Shown: positions 10,706 through 25,829 of the stretch, one piece after another
Layout: each line of letters starts with the position of its first letter
Numbering within the stretch: position 1 is the first letter of the stretch
Assembly (NCBI GenBank): GCA_964016885.1
Contig: OZ024741.1
Span: 100,006,001-100,070,000 of the forward strand
Source: Eledone cirrhosa
Taxonomy: Eukaryota
DNA: 64,000 nucleotides
Direction of reading: 5' to 3'
The notes under the pieces: generated by a model
Told to the model about the DNA's origin: nothing
What the model saw: the letters and a program-made list of their open reading frames with translations, nothing else
Databases searched by the model: none
Position numbers and translations under genes: made by a program

Positions 10706-12160
10706 GTAGGACTGTCTTCCAGTTTGACATAGAGAGTTACTATGCTTCAATTACCTTACCGCTCCTTACGGCCGCCTTGGACTTTGCTGAAACACTCACG
10801 CCCATCACCGACCAGGAAAGAAACTTCATCCTCCACGCCAGGAAGACCGTCCTACTTTTCGACAACTCCAAATGGATAAAGAGAGCTCCTAACTCCCCCT
10901 TCAACGTCAGTTTGGGCGCGACGGATTCGGCTGAGGTCACAGATCTTATAGGATTATTCCTACTATTTAAACTCACCGAAATGTTTCCTGTATTCGGCGT
11001 TGGATTGTACCGTGATGATGGGCTCCTTACACTCAAAGGGTACAACCCCAGTAGTACAGACCGTGTCCGTAAACAGTTAATCAGCGTCTTCCGCGACTGG
11101 GTGACCACACCTATCGGGAAGATCTTCTTTAGGCTCATCGAAAAACACTTCTCACTACAACACCGCTACCACAACATAATCAACAAAAACACCATCAAAC
11201 ACTCCTACAGCACCACATCTACCAGTACAACGTGAGGACGGACACCTCCAACAAAGCCTATATAGGATTAACCGCGTTTGACTTCAAGACACGGCTCTAC
11301 CTACACAGACATATTTTCCGAAACCCGTCCCTGCATCACGCCACTACACTTTCGGGCCACATCTGGGACCTCAAAGATAATAATATAACCTACAATCTCA
11401 CTTGGAGCTTACTGTCCAGAGCTAACTCTTACACGGGAGAACACCGTCCGTGTAACTTATGCTCGGAGGAAACATTACAAATGCTGTTTTCGAAGGAACA
11501 ACTCCTAAACAAGAAAGACGAACTGGTAACTGCATGCAAAAACAAATTGCATAGGACTTGCCTCGCCCTCAAACACCATAATGATCCGGGGGGGGGGGTA
11601 GACAAGGGCTGAAACACCCCACTTGCCGACTTTGTAAGGGTTAACCCCTGCTTACAAAGGTAGACGTAACTTTTTTTTATTTTTTATCGCTTCCTCTATA
11701 TTTCCTTCTTCCACCCCATCTCTTTCTAGTCCATTCCACCCTAGATCTCCTTCCTTGTCATCTTTTTTTTTTAACCTTTTTGCCCACCCAGATGCAGCCC
11801 ATCGGTCTTCTGTAGCCTCAGCCCCCCCCCCCCTAATTTAAGATAGAACTGGCCTATTACGCTATTTATAGCAGATGTGTTAAACCCCAGCTAATTGCTT
11901 TCTTTCTGCTGGCTGCTCCATTTCCGTGATTTCTAAATTTCTTAGTGGTATTTTTGCATTAGTATTCTTGTATTAGTATTTATGTATTAGTATTCTGAAT
12001 TAATATTTCGTATTAGTTTTTTAGTATGTTTGTCCTCAACTTATTAACCTGTCATTGTAAGATAGAATTGGCTGATTACTACTAACCATAGCAGTGGTGT
12101 TAGACTCCCTGTAAAGATGGCTTGATAAAATTATTTCACTATAATCCCTTATTTAGCATT
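10706..12160 (+). mobile_element. Penelope-like retroelement, 5'-truncated and internally deleted, right arm
   Basis: FQFDIESYY...LYRDDGL (10690-11235) and KAYIGLT...CNLC (11232-11612). Reverse complement of the left arm, with deletions at ~11100 and ~11216. Confidence 0.9.
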
Positions 12161-12665
12161 TTTCTCCACCTATTAAACTCTTCTATAACTTAGCAATACC
12201 ATTGAGAGATTTGGTGATTGTGGGGATGGAGCAGTAACCAGAAATTGTTTTTTTATATATATATTCTTTTTATTATTTTTTATTTATTTATTTTTTTTAT
12301 ATCATTTTTTTAATATATTTATTTCCTCATTTTTATAATGGCTTTTTTCCTTACTCCCTTTCGATTTACCTATTTTTTCAACTCCATCCCTCCTCTTCTC
12401 CAGTACACTTTTTTCGACCTTCTATACACTATCCTTAGAATCTGCTTTATAGATTTCACTTTCAACACTTCACTGGGTTTCCCACACTCCCTCTTTGTTC
12501 TACCGGCAAGTTCAGCTACTCCTACCTTCCACTAAATGCCATGATAGAATCATCTGTCTTTACAACACATTTTTTACCAATCCTTTTGACAATTACTATC
12601 TTCCCATATATGGAATTATCCTCTGAGAAGTTCGGCTATTTATTTACTAGGCTAAAAATTCTTAT

Positions 12666-12806
12666 TTAGTCCAGAATTAGCCGTCGAAACGGCTTGAGCT
12701 CTGCCGTCGGGGTCATACTTGTTCCTATTACCCAATCTACTACCCTAAGTATTGAGTACTTTGGTGCGTTATGGTCCATCTGGTTCCATACCACATTTCC
12801 TTCGTT
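12666..12806 (+). mobile_element. Family A short element (no inverted head), ending in (TA)n
   Basis: ttagtccagaattagccgtcgaaacggc...taccctaagtattgagtactttggtg...catttccttcgtt, homologous to the copies at 23244 and 36592. Confidence 0.85.
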
Positions 12807-14275
12807 ATATATATATATGTATATATATTCTAGATAAATATAGATAAAGTATTCAAAAATAAGTACGTATACCGATAAATTGGGATTACTACCGCTTCAC
12901 ACTCACGCCGTGAAAATGTAGTGAACCCGAGATTAAATCTTCGTAAATTTGGGCACAGAAATATTTAAGACATACATTTAATAGCATTAAAATGCATACA
13001 CTGTCTAAAGGTGGTGGATCAAGTCTATCTTAAATTATAACCCAAAATACTTTACACAGAATACATTAGATAATTAACCTGTACGACAAATTGAAAAAGA
13101 AAGATAGAACAGATATTGAATTAGGGGATGATTTTTACTAAATAATTCAACAATATATGTCTGTACTCAGGAAAACATATATGCAGAGAAATTCGACAAA
13201 CTAAAATAAAAGTATACGGGTGATCATACATAGAAATACGTACATACAGGCACATAAAGTCATACATATGCACATGTATTCTCAGAGAAGAACATGACAT
13301 TTAAAATATGTGCTACACATGTAAATATGGCAACATTAAAAGGTCTGTTTATTAGCACTAAGTGACTGAAGTACTTCAGTTAAATATACTTTTGGTGAGC
13401 AGACCAGCTGTTACTACACATACACAAGCTCACACTCACAGTTACGCACCCACAATAACATCTACCCCCCCCCCCATACTCATATTTAAACACATACTCC
13501 CCCCACACACACACATACATACATAAACTCACAGACTCACGGAGAGGCACTTACACACAAGTGTATATATACACTATACTATACAATATGTAAATGTGCA
13601 TATATGTACTTATGTATAAGAGATTTTCCCCAATTCAAAAGTAAACATTGTTAAATGTTCAACAGTTGCAAGCTGTTTTATAGCCACATCGAATGAACTG
13701 ATTATTTGTTCGGGATAGAAAAGTCAACAACAAAACGCCACCATGACTTATATTGCTGCTAAAACTACCAACACAACCAATATTGCTCTAATCGAATGTC
13801 ATTAGAAACATTACTACTTATAATATAGTTACCACAACCAACAGGCGAATCTACTTTCTTTCTTTAACCCGACAATAACATTACCACTCTCACCTCAATC
13901 AATATCATACCCTACACCAGCACTACTACTTCTAGGAACGCCATTACCTACGACCCCAATCTATAACCAATATATCCTCCAGCACCAGCTATCACACCAC
14001 CATCCCATCTACCTCCAATAACAGTACCATCATTATCAACACTACCAATGTTATATTTCGATTTGTTAGAAATGGCAGCTAATGCATTTTCAATAACATC
14101 GTCTACCGTCAGAATAAGAAAAAATCTATTGGCAGACAATGTCATCAGATACAAAAATATATACTGGTGACAGTTCTAAAATCTTTGAAAATAGGTAATC
14201 TTGTTACGGCGTAGCTTTAGCTAAAACAGCATAGGAAACAGCGACAATAATGATTTCACCAACAAGGGCGGGCCA

Positions 14276-14645
14276 TCAATGAAGGAGCTTCAAGAATGTT
14301 TGGCTGAAATGTTAGAAATAGCAGCAGAATTTCCTTCAAACAGCACATTCTAATAGAAAGATATGAAATATTTGATACTGAAGACGTACATACACGGCTA
14401 TGACGGTGTAGGTACATCTGCAATATCCTTTGGTCATACGATTGCTCGATAAGCGAGGCGACAATCAATGAGGGAGCTTCATGAAAAGTTGGCTGAAATG
14501 TTAGAAATAGCAGCTGGATTTCCTTCAAACCGCACTTTTTAATAGGATCATAGGAAATATTTTATACTTAAGACGTTCATATAGGACTATGACGGCATAC
14601 GTACGTCTGCAATGTCCTTTGATTAAAATATTGCTCGATCAGCGA
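14276..14645. repeat. Diverged tandem duplication (~189-bp unit x2)
   Basis: tcaatga.ggagcttca...ggctgaaatgttagaaatagcagc...ttgctcgat.agcga occurs twice. Confidence 0.85.
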
Positions 14646-14665
14646 ATATTATATTATGAAAACTG

Positions 14666-14854
14666 CAGTGGATTGACAGTATTGGTAGAGGGTCGGACGT
14701 CATGCTTTGCAGCAAAGAGTTACGTCCCTTTATGGTCTGAGTTCAAATCCCGCCGAGGTTAACGTTGCCTTTCATCCTTACGGGGTCGATAAAATAAAGT
14801 ACCAGTATTACACTGGGATAATTGCTGGCCTTGTGCCAAATGTAGAAACAATTA
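14666..14854 (+). mobile_element. tRNA-derived SINE with 14-bp target-site duplication
   Basis: A-box-like head, B-box gagttcaaatccc, central ctttcatccttacggggtcgataaaataaagtacc. TATTATGAAAACTG at 14652-14665 and 14855-14868. Confidence 0.85.
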
Positions 14855-16789
14855 TATTATGAAAACTGTTAATCACTATGGACTGATGACGTAAACGAGA
14901 GTAGCCTGATCTGCTGTTTTGATGAGAGTAGAAAAACATCGCCAAGTGTAGAGAGATCTACTTCAAGAAAGGCATTAACAATACAAAACGTGACACTAAC
15001 AACAACAGTGGCACTTACAAAAGAAACAGTGACGCAAGTAACAGGGACATTAAAGAGAACATCACTGACACTAATATCACTAACACTAACAATAACAACA
15101 TTCTCACTAACTCTACATGGTTCCTCTCCCTGTGGGATATAACAATCACATTTCCTCAAATCGCACAATAACATCAATAAGGAAGGGAAGAAGAGGGACT
15201 TTTCGCGGGAGAATCATATGCTGAACAATTTGTTACACGTTAGTTGATGCAGTTGTACATAGTCATACAAATACAGGACGGTCCTATTTCAACGTCTTTC
15301 ATAATAAATCTGCTTCAATAGGCTTACCAAGTGCTAAACACATGTGAGCACAATCACTGATCGTAGCAATGTCACCTACACCAAGCCTGTCATTTAACAT
15401 TAGCATAACTGCCACTAACATTAACATCAACACAACTACATCCATCAATAATGCCTCTAATATGTTAATATTCCCTAACAGCATCCCCGCAAGTATCGTC
15501 ACCATATTACCAACGTCATCGTTGCCACTATCAGCAAAAATGCTAGTAACGACTTCAAAAGCTGTTACAAGGGAAAATGATAACAACATGAGATTAACAA
15601 ACAACCCACGGTACTCTAATGCAATTGTTGATTTGGTAAATGGTTGAGAATCTAACATTTCAGATATGCTATATATTTTTTGTCAATACACTTTTAAGAT
15701 ATATGCGGCTAAGTTTGTGCTAAATGTGTGTATTTTCTCAGAAGGTATGTGGGTGTTTATGTATAAACTTGATGTATTTTGGCAGTAGATCACAGCTTCA
15801 ATTTCTGTTTACGTAGAGCAATGTGTGTTTGTGTATTATATGATTAAGGTATGTGGATGTTTTATGCAAAACAGCTGAACCATCGTAGATGTTTAGCTGT
15901 ATTTAGATAATGTGTGTGTTTGTGCCTTTTTATAGAAGTATGCGTTTTTATTTGAGTGATGATGAGTCGTCTGTAGAAGTCTTTGGGTGTGATATGACCT
16001 GTGACGCATAGTATAAGCTTTATATTGCATATGTCATCTGTTTTGTATAAAATTAGATACTGCTACGATGGAATTCGTTATATATATTTTCGAGTAATGC
16101 TATCGCTTGATACTTAAAAATGAGCATCACGGACGTGGCTTTTAAATCCTGATAGGGACTTGCCTATGGCCAGCAATACCATGCATCGACAACAAATGTC
16201 ACATATCATGCGATGCCTGTGCTTGAAGCTTTTTTAAGTGAGGAAAGTCTTTGCTCAGGGCCAATCCTACTCTCTGAACACAATTGATTTGCCCAAAAAG
16301 AAATACTGATCTACATCATTGGATAGAAACGAAGTCACTGGCTTTCAGACTGACCTTCTCCTAGAGAGATGTCTTAATGAAAACAAGGAGTCTCTCCCAC
16401 CACCGAAAAGAAATTATATATATATATATGTATTCGTGAGGGAATACCAATAATATTATTAATATTCGGTTTGTTTACAAGTAAATAGCCTCATAAATCA
16501 CCACGTCGTAGATGACAACGTTGCCCTTTTATTCCTGCGTAGCTAAGAGAAAACAATCGACAATTTAGAATTGCTTCGGAGTGTCTTGCCCCTTTTCAAA
16601 ATTGTGTATTCCGTTCGCTTGCTACCTGCTGGACTGCGGAGAATACATAGTAGATTGAATATTGATAATATATTATATAATAATATATTATCGTTATTCA
16701 TTCACGAATACATTTTGGTGTTCACCACGTTAAGAGCGAAAACAATTTTTTTGTTTTTTAATTTTCGGCAAAGCCGTGTGTAAGTCGCT

Positions 16790-18090
16790 CGCTATTCAAA
16801 TGAGGCTACTATGTATTGTCAACATTTCCAGTGGTTAGCAAGCGAGCAGAATACACAATCTTGGATAGCTAATGTACTATTCATTGCCTGAACAGTTAAA
16901 TGATAGAGCCAGATGAAGAAATAGAGGTATCACAAGAAGTTTTTCAGGAGACAAACTAAGATAGTCAAGCCTTGCGTAAGTTTGTTGATGAAAATGAACC
17001 ACATTTGGCCGGTGATCAGAAATACACCTAACATTATATCATAGAAAACATTAAAAATAAGAGTAGAGGACTTTTCTTCATCTATGCTCCTGTCGGCACA
17101 TGTAAGACATTCCTCATAAACCACCTACTTGAAAAAGTTCTCCAAAAGTAACATATTGTACTTCCCCGAGGGATTCGAGTAGATCAGATCAAGGATTGTC
17201 TGAAAACAGCCTATCTCTGGCCCCACTTTCAGTGACTGGGTTTTACAAACGATATCCGTGTGCACTCGACTGGTGACGAAGGTGTCAGTGCGTATGCTAT
17301 CAAGCCACTTAAATTGGGAAATTAATTTCTTGAAAAGGATTCCAATTACCATATTCAGTTGCCATGACCACATCATTAAAACAAAACAAGAACTGTTTGT
17401 CAGAGTCTTTCGAAACATTCAGATCAGACTGTGAACGAGCAATCATACCACCGAAAAATGTTGCTATGAAAGAAATCAAGACAATGCTGCCAGACATGTT
17501 ACGGGGAAAGAAAAGATGCTACAAATCAGTTGACACAATCTCCTCCCAGGACCAGGTTGTGTAACAGTATTGAACTAGCAGGTATTCGTCAACACAACCA
17601 GATACTCAAGATTGTAGCATCGGTTATGCTGCTTCGTAAAATGGAATCTCGAAACATCTTACAATGTCACAAGACTCATCATCAGAAACATGACGTTCAA
17701 TGTCCCAGAAGTTGCAATCATGCCAGGAACATTTGCTGGTTACAGTTATTTCATTCCCTGAATAAATCCGAAGCAAACTTATTCGCCATTTGTTTTTCAA
17801 AAGCTGCAATTTCCTATCTGGGCAATCATTGAAAGCAATTGGGTTGAACTCAGGAGATCCTGTCTCTTCACATGGCCATGTGGTACTACAAGGGTTGGAA
17901 AACCTGATTGTCACTTCATTGCGGCACCACAAGGGAAATCCAAGAATGCTGTTCATCTAAAGTAATCCCTACATTAATGGCAATACACACATTTCCTTTG
18001 TCATAATTTGTAAGGAATTTTGACGTCCCAATTATATTGCAGAGTGTTACTTTGGGAGAAAATGCACGCATTCCTGGGTAATTGTGCTAT
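16790..18090 (+). mobile_element. Degraded Helitron (PIF1-like helicase relic)
   Basis: GLFFIYAPVGTCKTFLINHLLEKV (~17068, decayed Walker A), NSIELAGI...ILKIVASVMLLRK (17530-17640) and PVSSHGH (~17860) match Helitron helicase motifs in order. Confidence 0.75.
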
Positions 18091-20094
18091 ATAAAGCAAT
18101 ATAAGTGAGATCGTTTTGTGGTTGCTATGTAGATTGGTTAGAAATAGCTGCCATATTTCCTTAAAGTCACACCTAACTATCTCATGTATGTATATATGTA
18201 TGGCACAAAAAGGAAAGTTTCTATATGATACCTCGATCTACTGGAAATATTAGCAAAATTCCCTTCAAATTACAGCACACGCACAAATTACAGCACACGC
18301 ACACACACGTGTGTGTGTATGTAAGTATATCATGGGAGCCACTATAACTGTTGATATGCCAAATAGAAGTTGAAAAACAAATCCCTCTCAAACAAGACAC
18401 TTATCCTTCGAGACAAAGTGGATAAATTATAAAAGGTAGTAAGTAAATGCTTCATAATAGTTCATTCATAAGCCATTTCTGACTTAATTTTTTCGACATG
18501 TGTCTAATACATATCCATTGGTATAATGTGAAACCAACTATATATTTGGTGAGTGTACTATTTTGTGTGTGGAACAATAAAAAAAAATTAATGGATCGAA
18601 ACAGTAGAGATTTCTACAGGTTGACTGACGAGATACGACTGACCGTTTACCGTCATTTTGATTTTAATATATATTTGTCCTGAGTCTGAATATACATATA
18701 TATAGAGAGACACATATATACATATATATAGAGAGACACATATATACATATATATGCATAAATACTATGTACATATAGGCACACGGAAGCTTAGAGTATC
18801 TATATTAAGGTCATAGCATATGTATACATATTCTAGAATATAATTTGTAACGTAACATAAACATGAAACATTTCAAAAAACACATAAAATAGTCATTCAT
18901 TAATTGTTTTTAATCTGTACACGGGCAGTAAACGTGAACTAATTTTGATTAGTTACTGGCATCTTTAAATGATAGTCGCATACCGATTACCCGTCGTTTG
19001 TCCATGGAGTGTGTGGTAACATATATCTATTGATTATGTACTTAAAGCATGACACATGTAAATGGGGCTTTTTAATTTCAGTAACAATTAATGTGCTGAT
19101 GGCCTGACTAAATAATTATTCCCAAGTCTCTACAAACGGATGCTGATATATTCGAGGAATTCCAAAAATCTATTCAAAATTGAAGTGACTTTCATGTACT
19201 AGAACATGTAACCTCTACATGTTTAGATGTAAACACTTGAGAAATATGTCTAGAAAACATGACAAATTTGATAGAAAATTGTATCGTCTTAAATATCAAT
19301 TGTAAAGATATACATTTATATATTAAGAGCAGGAGTTTCAGCTTTTGTGAATGAGTAGAGAAAACGTTGTTTCTTTATTCATGATGATTTATATTGAGAA
19401 ATTGAGAAGTTTTCGTCTTTAATATCTTATCACTGTCATAACAAGATCTGAACAAAAACAACCATGTATGATACGTAGACCAAATATATCTAAAAAGAGT
19501 TACATTAAAATCAATATTGCATAAATATTCAATCAAGAACGACATTATAATCCATCAATTGTCATATAATACGAACGACAACATCAATGGTAACAAAAGC
19601 ATTATTGCTGATGGTAATAGAGATGACGATGCCAAAAATAACAACAACAACAACAACAAAAATAATAATGATAATAATAATATTAAACAAAAATCTATTG
19701 TCGATATATTGAATGGAAAATAGATCCGTTATTTCTCCCCTTTTACATGCTACAGCATGCACAAAACCATACTGAGAAAGACACATACTGAAATAAATAT
19801 AATGGCAAGAATTAATATTATTTTTATATTAGCGGAATAAAGAAATGCCAGTAAATATTAGAAAATATTGAATTGGATTGCTTGCAGATTATAGTTTTTC
19901 TTCTTTTCTTTAGACTCCTCTTTTTAATTTTCTTCTTTAGAAAACTACATAAGAATCAAGTATATTAATTAAAAACATATAAAATCAGGAATAAAAAATG
20001 TAAAACAGTTGAAATAACGATGGAAATAAAAAGATTGAAAATTGAGCAAACTTTGAAACATCAATGGTCTTATATATAGCTTTAGATAAACCAT

Positions 20095-20856
<762 letters not shown>

Positions 20857-21032
20857 CAGGAAAGAAGAGTGACACGGTTTGCTATACAAAAAAGGTTTTT
20901 AATCTCATTGCTGACAATTGTTTCTCTGGACTGGTAGGTCTAGAGATCGCTACCCGCTTGTTTTCACGTTATTCGATCACCATAACTAGACTACACTTAA
21001 GTGGACTACCTATAACAATAATTTGTTACCCC

Positions 21033-21097
<65 letters not shown>

Positions 21098-21244
21098 AAT
21101 ATAAATTAGCGTGAATCGTATTTCGGCTTTGGAATTAGCGAAAAAAAACTTCCGAGATGTGTGGCAAGCGCTCAATAATTCTGACGAACCAGAGCTACAA
21201 CATACGTTATATATATATATATATACATCTATATATATATAACA

Positions 21245-21440
21245 AATAACAGATTAAAGTTAAGCAAATAATCGCTGCTTTCACCCTTAACGTTCAGGGT
21301 GAATGCACCGATTCTTTGCTTAAACTTTACTCTATTATTTTAATAGATATTTGCTCTAGGGTTCCTATATATTTGATATATATTTATCTTTATTGAGCAT
21401 TCTTTGGATTTTAGTCTTCACATTTATTATTATTACTATA
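21245..21440. mobile_element. Hairpin-headed short element (family B, copy 2, inverted relative to copy 1)
   Basis: aataacagattaaag...ttcaccct / agggtgaa...ttaaacttt, then a tail that is the reverse complement of 7169-7254. Confidence 0.8.
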
Positions 21441-21447
21441 AATATAA

Positions 21448-21642
21448 GAGCGGTGGATTGGCCGTATCGGTAGAGCGTCGGACGCCATGCTTTCCAGCAT
21501 AGTTACGTCCCTTTACGATCTGAGTTCAAATCCCGCCGAGGTTCACTTTGCTTTTCATCCTTACGGGGTCGATAAAATAAAGTACCAGTAATGCACTGGG
21601 TAATTGATGGCCTTGCGCCTAAAGTAGAAACAATTATTATTA
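21448..21642 (+). mobile_element. tRNA-derived SINE (same family as 14666)
   Basis: End-to-end similarity to 14666-14854; ttattattactata on both flanks. Confidence 0.85.
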
Positions 21643-21899
21643 CTATATATATAGTCCATAGTAACGAAGCTGTAGGAAATAGTATTCATTATATACTCGG
21701 TTGCTCACATTACTCACTCAATGAGATATGGTTTAAACGTATTAGCGTGCAAACTAGTCTCAGAGTGATAACAAAATCTATAACTTGGTATATTTGCTGA
21801 TGTTATATATAATATACATATGATGCGTGATCGTGTGACATTGTTTTATCGTTAGTTATGTTGTATGGTTCACTGGTTCCAAGTGATTACAGACACACT

Positions 21900-23040
21900 T
21901 ATATTCCCTTCAAAGGAAACGGAGCCAAGCCATTGCCAGTTAAGTTTCAGAGTATTTCCTTGCTAGTAAGTGTAGTGTCGATATTCTCAATATTTTATAA
22001 AATCTACTGCTGATATGCTTATGTCCCATTGTTGCTTTCTATTCTTAATGTTGGTTAAATATATTATATTTGGCTTTAGACAGCAGGAGGAGAAGTTCAC
22101 TAAGCAAGAAGTCCTCCTTATTGAACTAACGAAAACCTTTAATACTGTAAACAGAAATGTTCTTAGAAAAATCTTCGAGAGGTTTGGATGTTCACTTCAT
22201 TTTGTCAGTAGTTGTTGCCATCTTCACACAGATGTGAAGGCCTACCTTCAATTTAACAGTGTACTATCTGAGACAAGCTTTGTCAATGCTCTTTTCAAAC
22301 AGAAGAGCTTACCTGCATCACCCTTGAATTCAATATATATCGCAAATGATTTAATAAATGTGATTTAGGCATCTTTGCACAACAGTTAAACACTTTAACT
22401 TGATGAGATTCATAGCGAAGTGGAAGACACTTATGTTACTGCTCCGAGGTCTGTGATGTTCTCTAGACTTTCATCTTGTGCATTCCTCCCAAGCAGATAT
22501 TAAGAAAGTAAGGGATCTCTTCTCTAGTGCACATACAGCTTTTGAATTTACAATAAGCTTAAAAAGAGCTAAGATTTTGTTTTATTTCAATTACTCCAGT
22601 GGAGACGTATATTTACCTATGAAATATTTGTATCAGGATACCAGATTTGTGTTGTAGCCTCACATACGAAACTTGGCAGACCGTTTTCGGACTTAGGATC
22701 ACTAAACACTAAGATCAAATTGGGAGGTGATAAGATCTATTTTGCGTTTGGGGCACTCGGATAACGAGTTTCTTCAGTGAAAGACTTAAAAAGTTTCACC
22801 AAGCTCTGCATCTATTTTCCATATGACATAAACACTCACTGAGTATGGAAACTACATATCTTCTCAGATATTATGTGCGAAGGCATGGTCTTCTTTTCTG
22901 ACATGATCATTTCAGTTATTCATTTGGTATATGCGCCCCTGCATAAACCCAAACATAGAATTCGTCATGCAGCATCTGTTAGTACTGTATCTGTTCAAAT
23001 TAAATGTCACGTCTACCATAACAAAATAAAACGAATGTAG
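21900..23040 (+). mobile_element. Degraded RTE-clade LINE RT fragment
   Basis: RQQEEK...IELTKTFNTVNR.VL.KI.ERFGC...LH resembles RTE RT (RQLQEK...DLTKAFDTVNR...GCP). Confidence 0.65.
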
Positions 23041-23082
23041 TAGCCCGGATTATTGTCAACGACAACTCTCTCTCTCTCTCTC

Positions 23083-23116
<34 letters not shown>

Positions 23117-23172
23117 CTTTTCTCCCTATCTCTCTCTAAACCCCCCTCTCTCTCCACACACACCTACACACA

Positions 23173-23243
<71 letters not shown>

Positions 23244-23244
<1 letters not shown>

Positions 23245-23430
23245 GGAACGAGTAGGACCCCGACGGCTGAGCTCAAGCCGTTTCGACGGCTAATTCTGGA
23301 CTAACATTTTTAGTCCAGAATTGAGCTCAGCCGTCGGGGTCCTACTCGTTCCTTTACCCACTCTACTACCCTAAGTATTGAGTACTTTGGTGCATTATGG
23401 TCCACCTCGTTCCTTACCACATTTCCTTCG

Positions 23431-23432
<2 letters not shown>
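23244..23432. mobile_element. Hairpin-headed family A element in (TA)n
   Basis: Arms aggaacgagtaggaccccgacggctgagctc...ttctggactaa / ttagtccagaa..gagctcagccgtcggggtcctactcgttcct (23244-23353), plus an ~80-bp tail. Confidence 0.85.
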
Positions 23433-23482
<50 letters not shown>

Positions 23483-23732
23483 TGGCTGCCAACTCGTTTT
23501 CGAGTACGGCCACTACTTTATATCCATGTAGGAGAACTCCTACCGATGCGCTGAACGTGTGTGACTTTTTAGTCTAGCCAGCGACTTGAAAACTCTGGTA
23601 AAAACACTACACTTGTGACAATTATTGACACATAGTGCTTGGTCCATGGTACCATGTGACGACAAGTGCAGAGAGATCTCCAGATATAAAGCAATGCCTG
23701 TGCCGTGAAGCTTTTATATATACATACCTATA

Positions 23733-23820
<88 letters not shown>

Positions 23821-24855
23821 CATACACACGCACGCACACACAAACAAATAAATATATATATATATATACATATTTATATATATATATATATATATATGTA
23901 TATTGTGTGTGATTGTTTATGCATATACAGAGAGATGGATATATATATAGAGATAGATAGGGGTAGAGAGAATGAGGTGGTGATTATAAAAGCTAAGAAC
24001 TACTTTATTTGAGTATGTTTATTTTGTCTGTGTACTAGTTCTATGTTCATATTAATGTAATTATATGTGGGGTTTTTTCTGTAAACATCATTTCAAATAT
24101 CTTATCCCTGAACGTATGAAAAAAGTGATAATGATGTTCCACTTATAAACTACTACTGAAATTATCCAGCGTACTCTTTAATATTTTATATCGCATGAGA
24201 AGACACAGTAGAATTTGCTAGAGATATTAGCAGACGTATAAAGAAACCAATAGCTATAAAGGGACTTTCAGTTATTTGCACAAACGCCCAGGGAATAACA
24301 GGGAACCTAACTTGTTTAATGACATGACGATGGTGATAATGTGATGAGGATGATGTTGATAATGATGAGACGATGATGTTGATTTTGATTCGGTTATTGC
24401 TGATAATGGTGATGATAGTGGATTTACTTATGATGATGCTGTTATTGCTGGTTGTCACGGTGTTGTGGTTGTGGCTGGTGTTGGTGCAATAGCTTCTCGT
24501 AATGGACATTTTAATGATGATGATGATGATGATGATGCTATCACCAACATTTTGACAATGGTGACAACATGTGCTTATGATATACGTGATGTATCAATCT
24601 TTATATATTACCATAAGCAAATCTTTACTAGAACTAATATAGTCAATATTACCTATATGTATTTATGTCGTCTCGTGTGGCAAAGTTTATCAAATATTTA
24701 CATATTTCTTTGAAATATGGCTTTAATATTTATTGAATTTCTCAATTCTGATGATTGCAACGCAGTTCCTTTTATCAAGTTATCTCAGAATATAATACGT
24801 AGCATAGTAAGTAATGTCTCAAATAATGCGTACGTGTAACCAATGCAAACACACA

Positions 24856-24902
<47 letters not shown>

Positions 24903-25829
24903 CTCCTGGTACAGCTTAAAGCGCTCAGCATTTAATGGAACTATATGTTTGATATGTTCGTGTTCGTTAACCGGTAATTGTTTCCCAATAGTAAGTGTCA
25001 ATCAATTAATACTTGCATACGTAGGTTTTAGCAGTGAACGTTGTATAATTATCTAACTGTGAAATAATCGCAGGTTTATGTGAGACGGGTGTTTGTGTAA
25101 GTTTTGAAAAGGTAGGTTTCTGGAATCTCATATACTTTTATTAATTACGTCATTGCTGACATACGCATTCCCACGACGTAATTTATGCAATTGATACAAC
25201 TTCGCCAGACAGCAATTATGTAATAGTTTATTCTGCTATATATATTCCATGCAAATATTTTTGATGTTGTCACCTCAAGCCCGGCAAACATGAATCGTGG
25301 TAAATGACTATATCCAGTACCACTTGGGAGGGTGTCCACTTCAATCATTGGTTGGTTGAATATAGTTCAACTATGATCGATTCTCACCACTTCCATCAAT
25401 CGTTAGAGGAAAATTTTACCTTTTAGGGAATTTCAAGTTTATTAGTAAAAGTCTGTCAGATGGCCTGTGTTGTGTGTTATTGATGCCATGTCAAATAAAC
25501 GACTACCAATTCCTGTACACAGGGCATTTGAAAACACATTTTGTCAGTAGGGCTTATATGCCTGTCATATTATGATTAACCTGATAGCAGAATCACGAAC
25601 GTGCTATAAATCCATGATGCAGGCGTGAGCTGATAATAGATGTTGTCTAAGATAGTATAATATATGCATCGAGAACCACAACAACAACAACCACAACAAT
25701 AACAAAATAGTTTTGATAGATAAGCATGAACAATACGATACGTATTCGATGGGAAAAGAAGTGGAATAATTCTGTTGAGGGTCTGGGTAGCAGGCGAATC
25801 TGAAATGTTATAACGCACTCAACAAGTAA

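Larger units (their letters stand above)
8680..10710 (-). mobile_element. Penelope-like retroelement (Naiad-like), 5'-truncated and frameshifted, left arm
   Basis: RT (MGAMDSAEV...LYRDDGL...FLDITL...PYRKPN), linker (IGKIFF...KHFP...NKNTIKFSYS), CTC-x5-C-x5-C, and GIY-YIG (VIYQ...AYIGLT...CNLC...CKH). Confidence 0.9.

Noticed and set aside
12621-12700. Hammerhead-like CTGAGAA...stem...GAAACGGCTTG
   Set aside because: G8 is missing, stem I is only 2 bp and there is no valid NUH site; the 5' half may belong to another repeat.
14666-14760. tRNA gene
   Set aside because: A and B boxes are present, but there is no cloverleaf; the repeated body, tail and TSD indicate a SINE.
14869-15658. T/N/S-rich ORFs resembling mucin exons
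   Set aside because: Degenerate (ACA/ACT)-type low complexity; short, with no motif or splice support.
20908-20950. Minus-strand stem-GAAA-CAAUUG-UC half hammerhead
   Set aside because: No CUGANGA core upstream; at best a decayed remnant.
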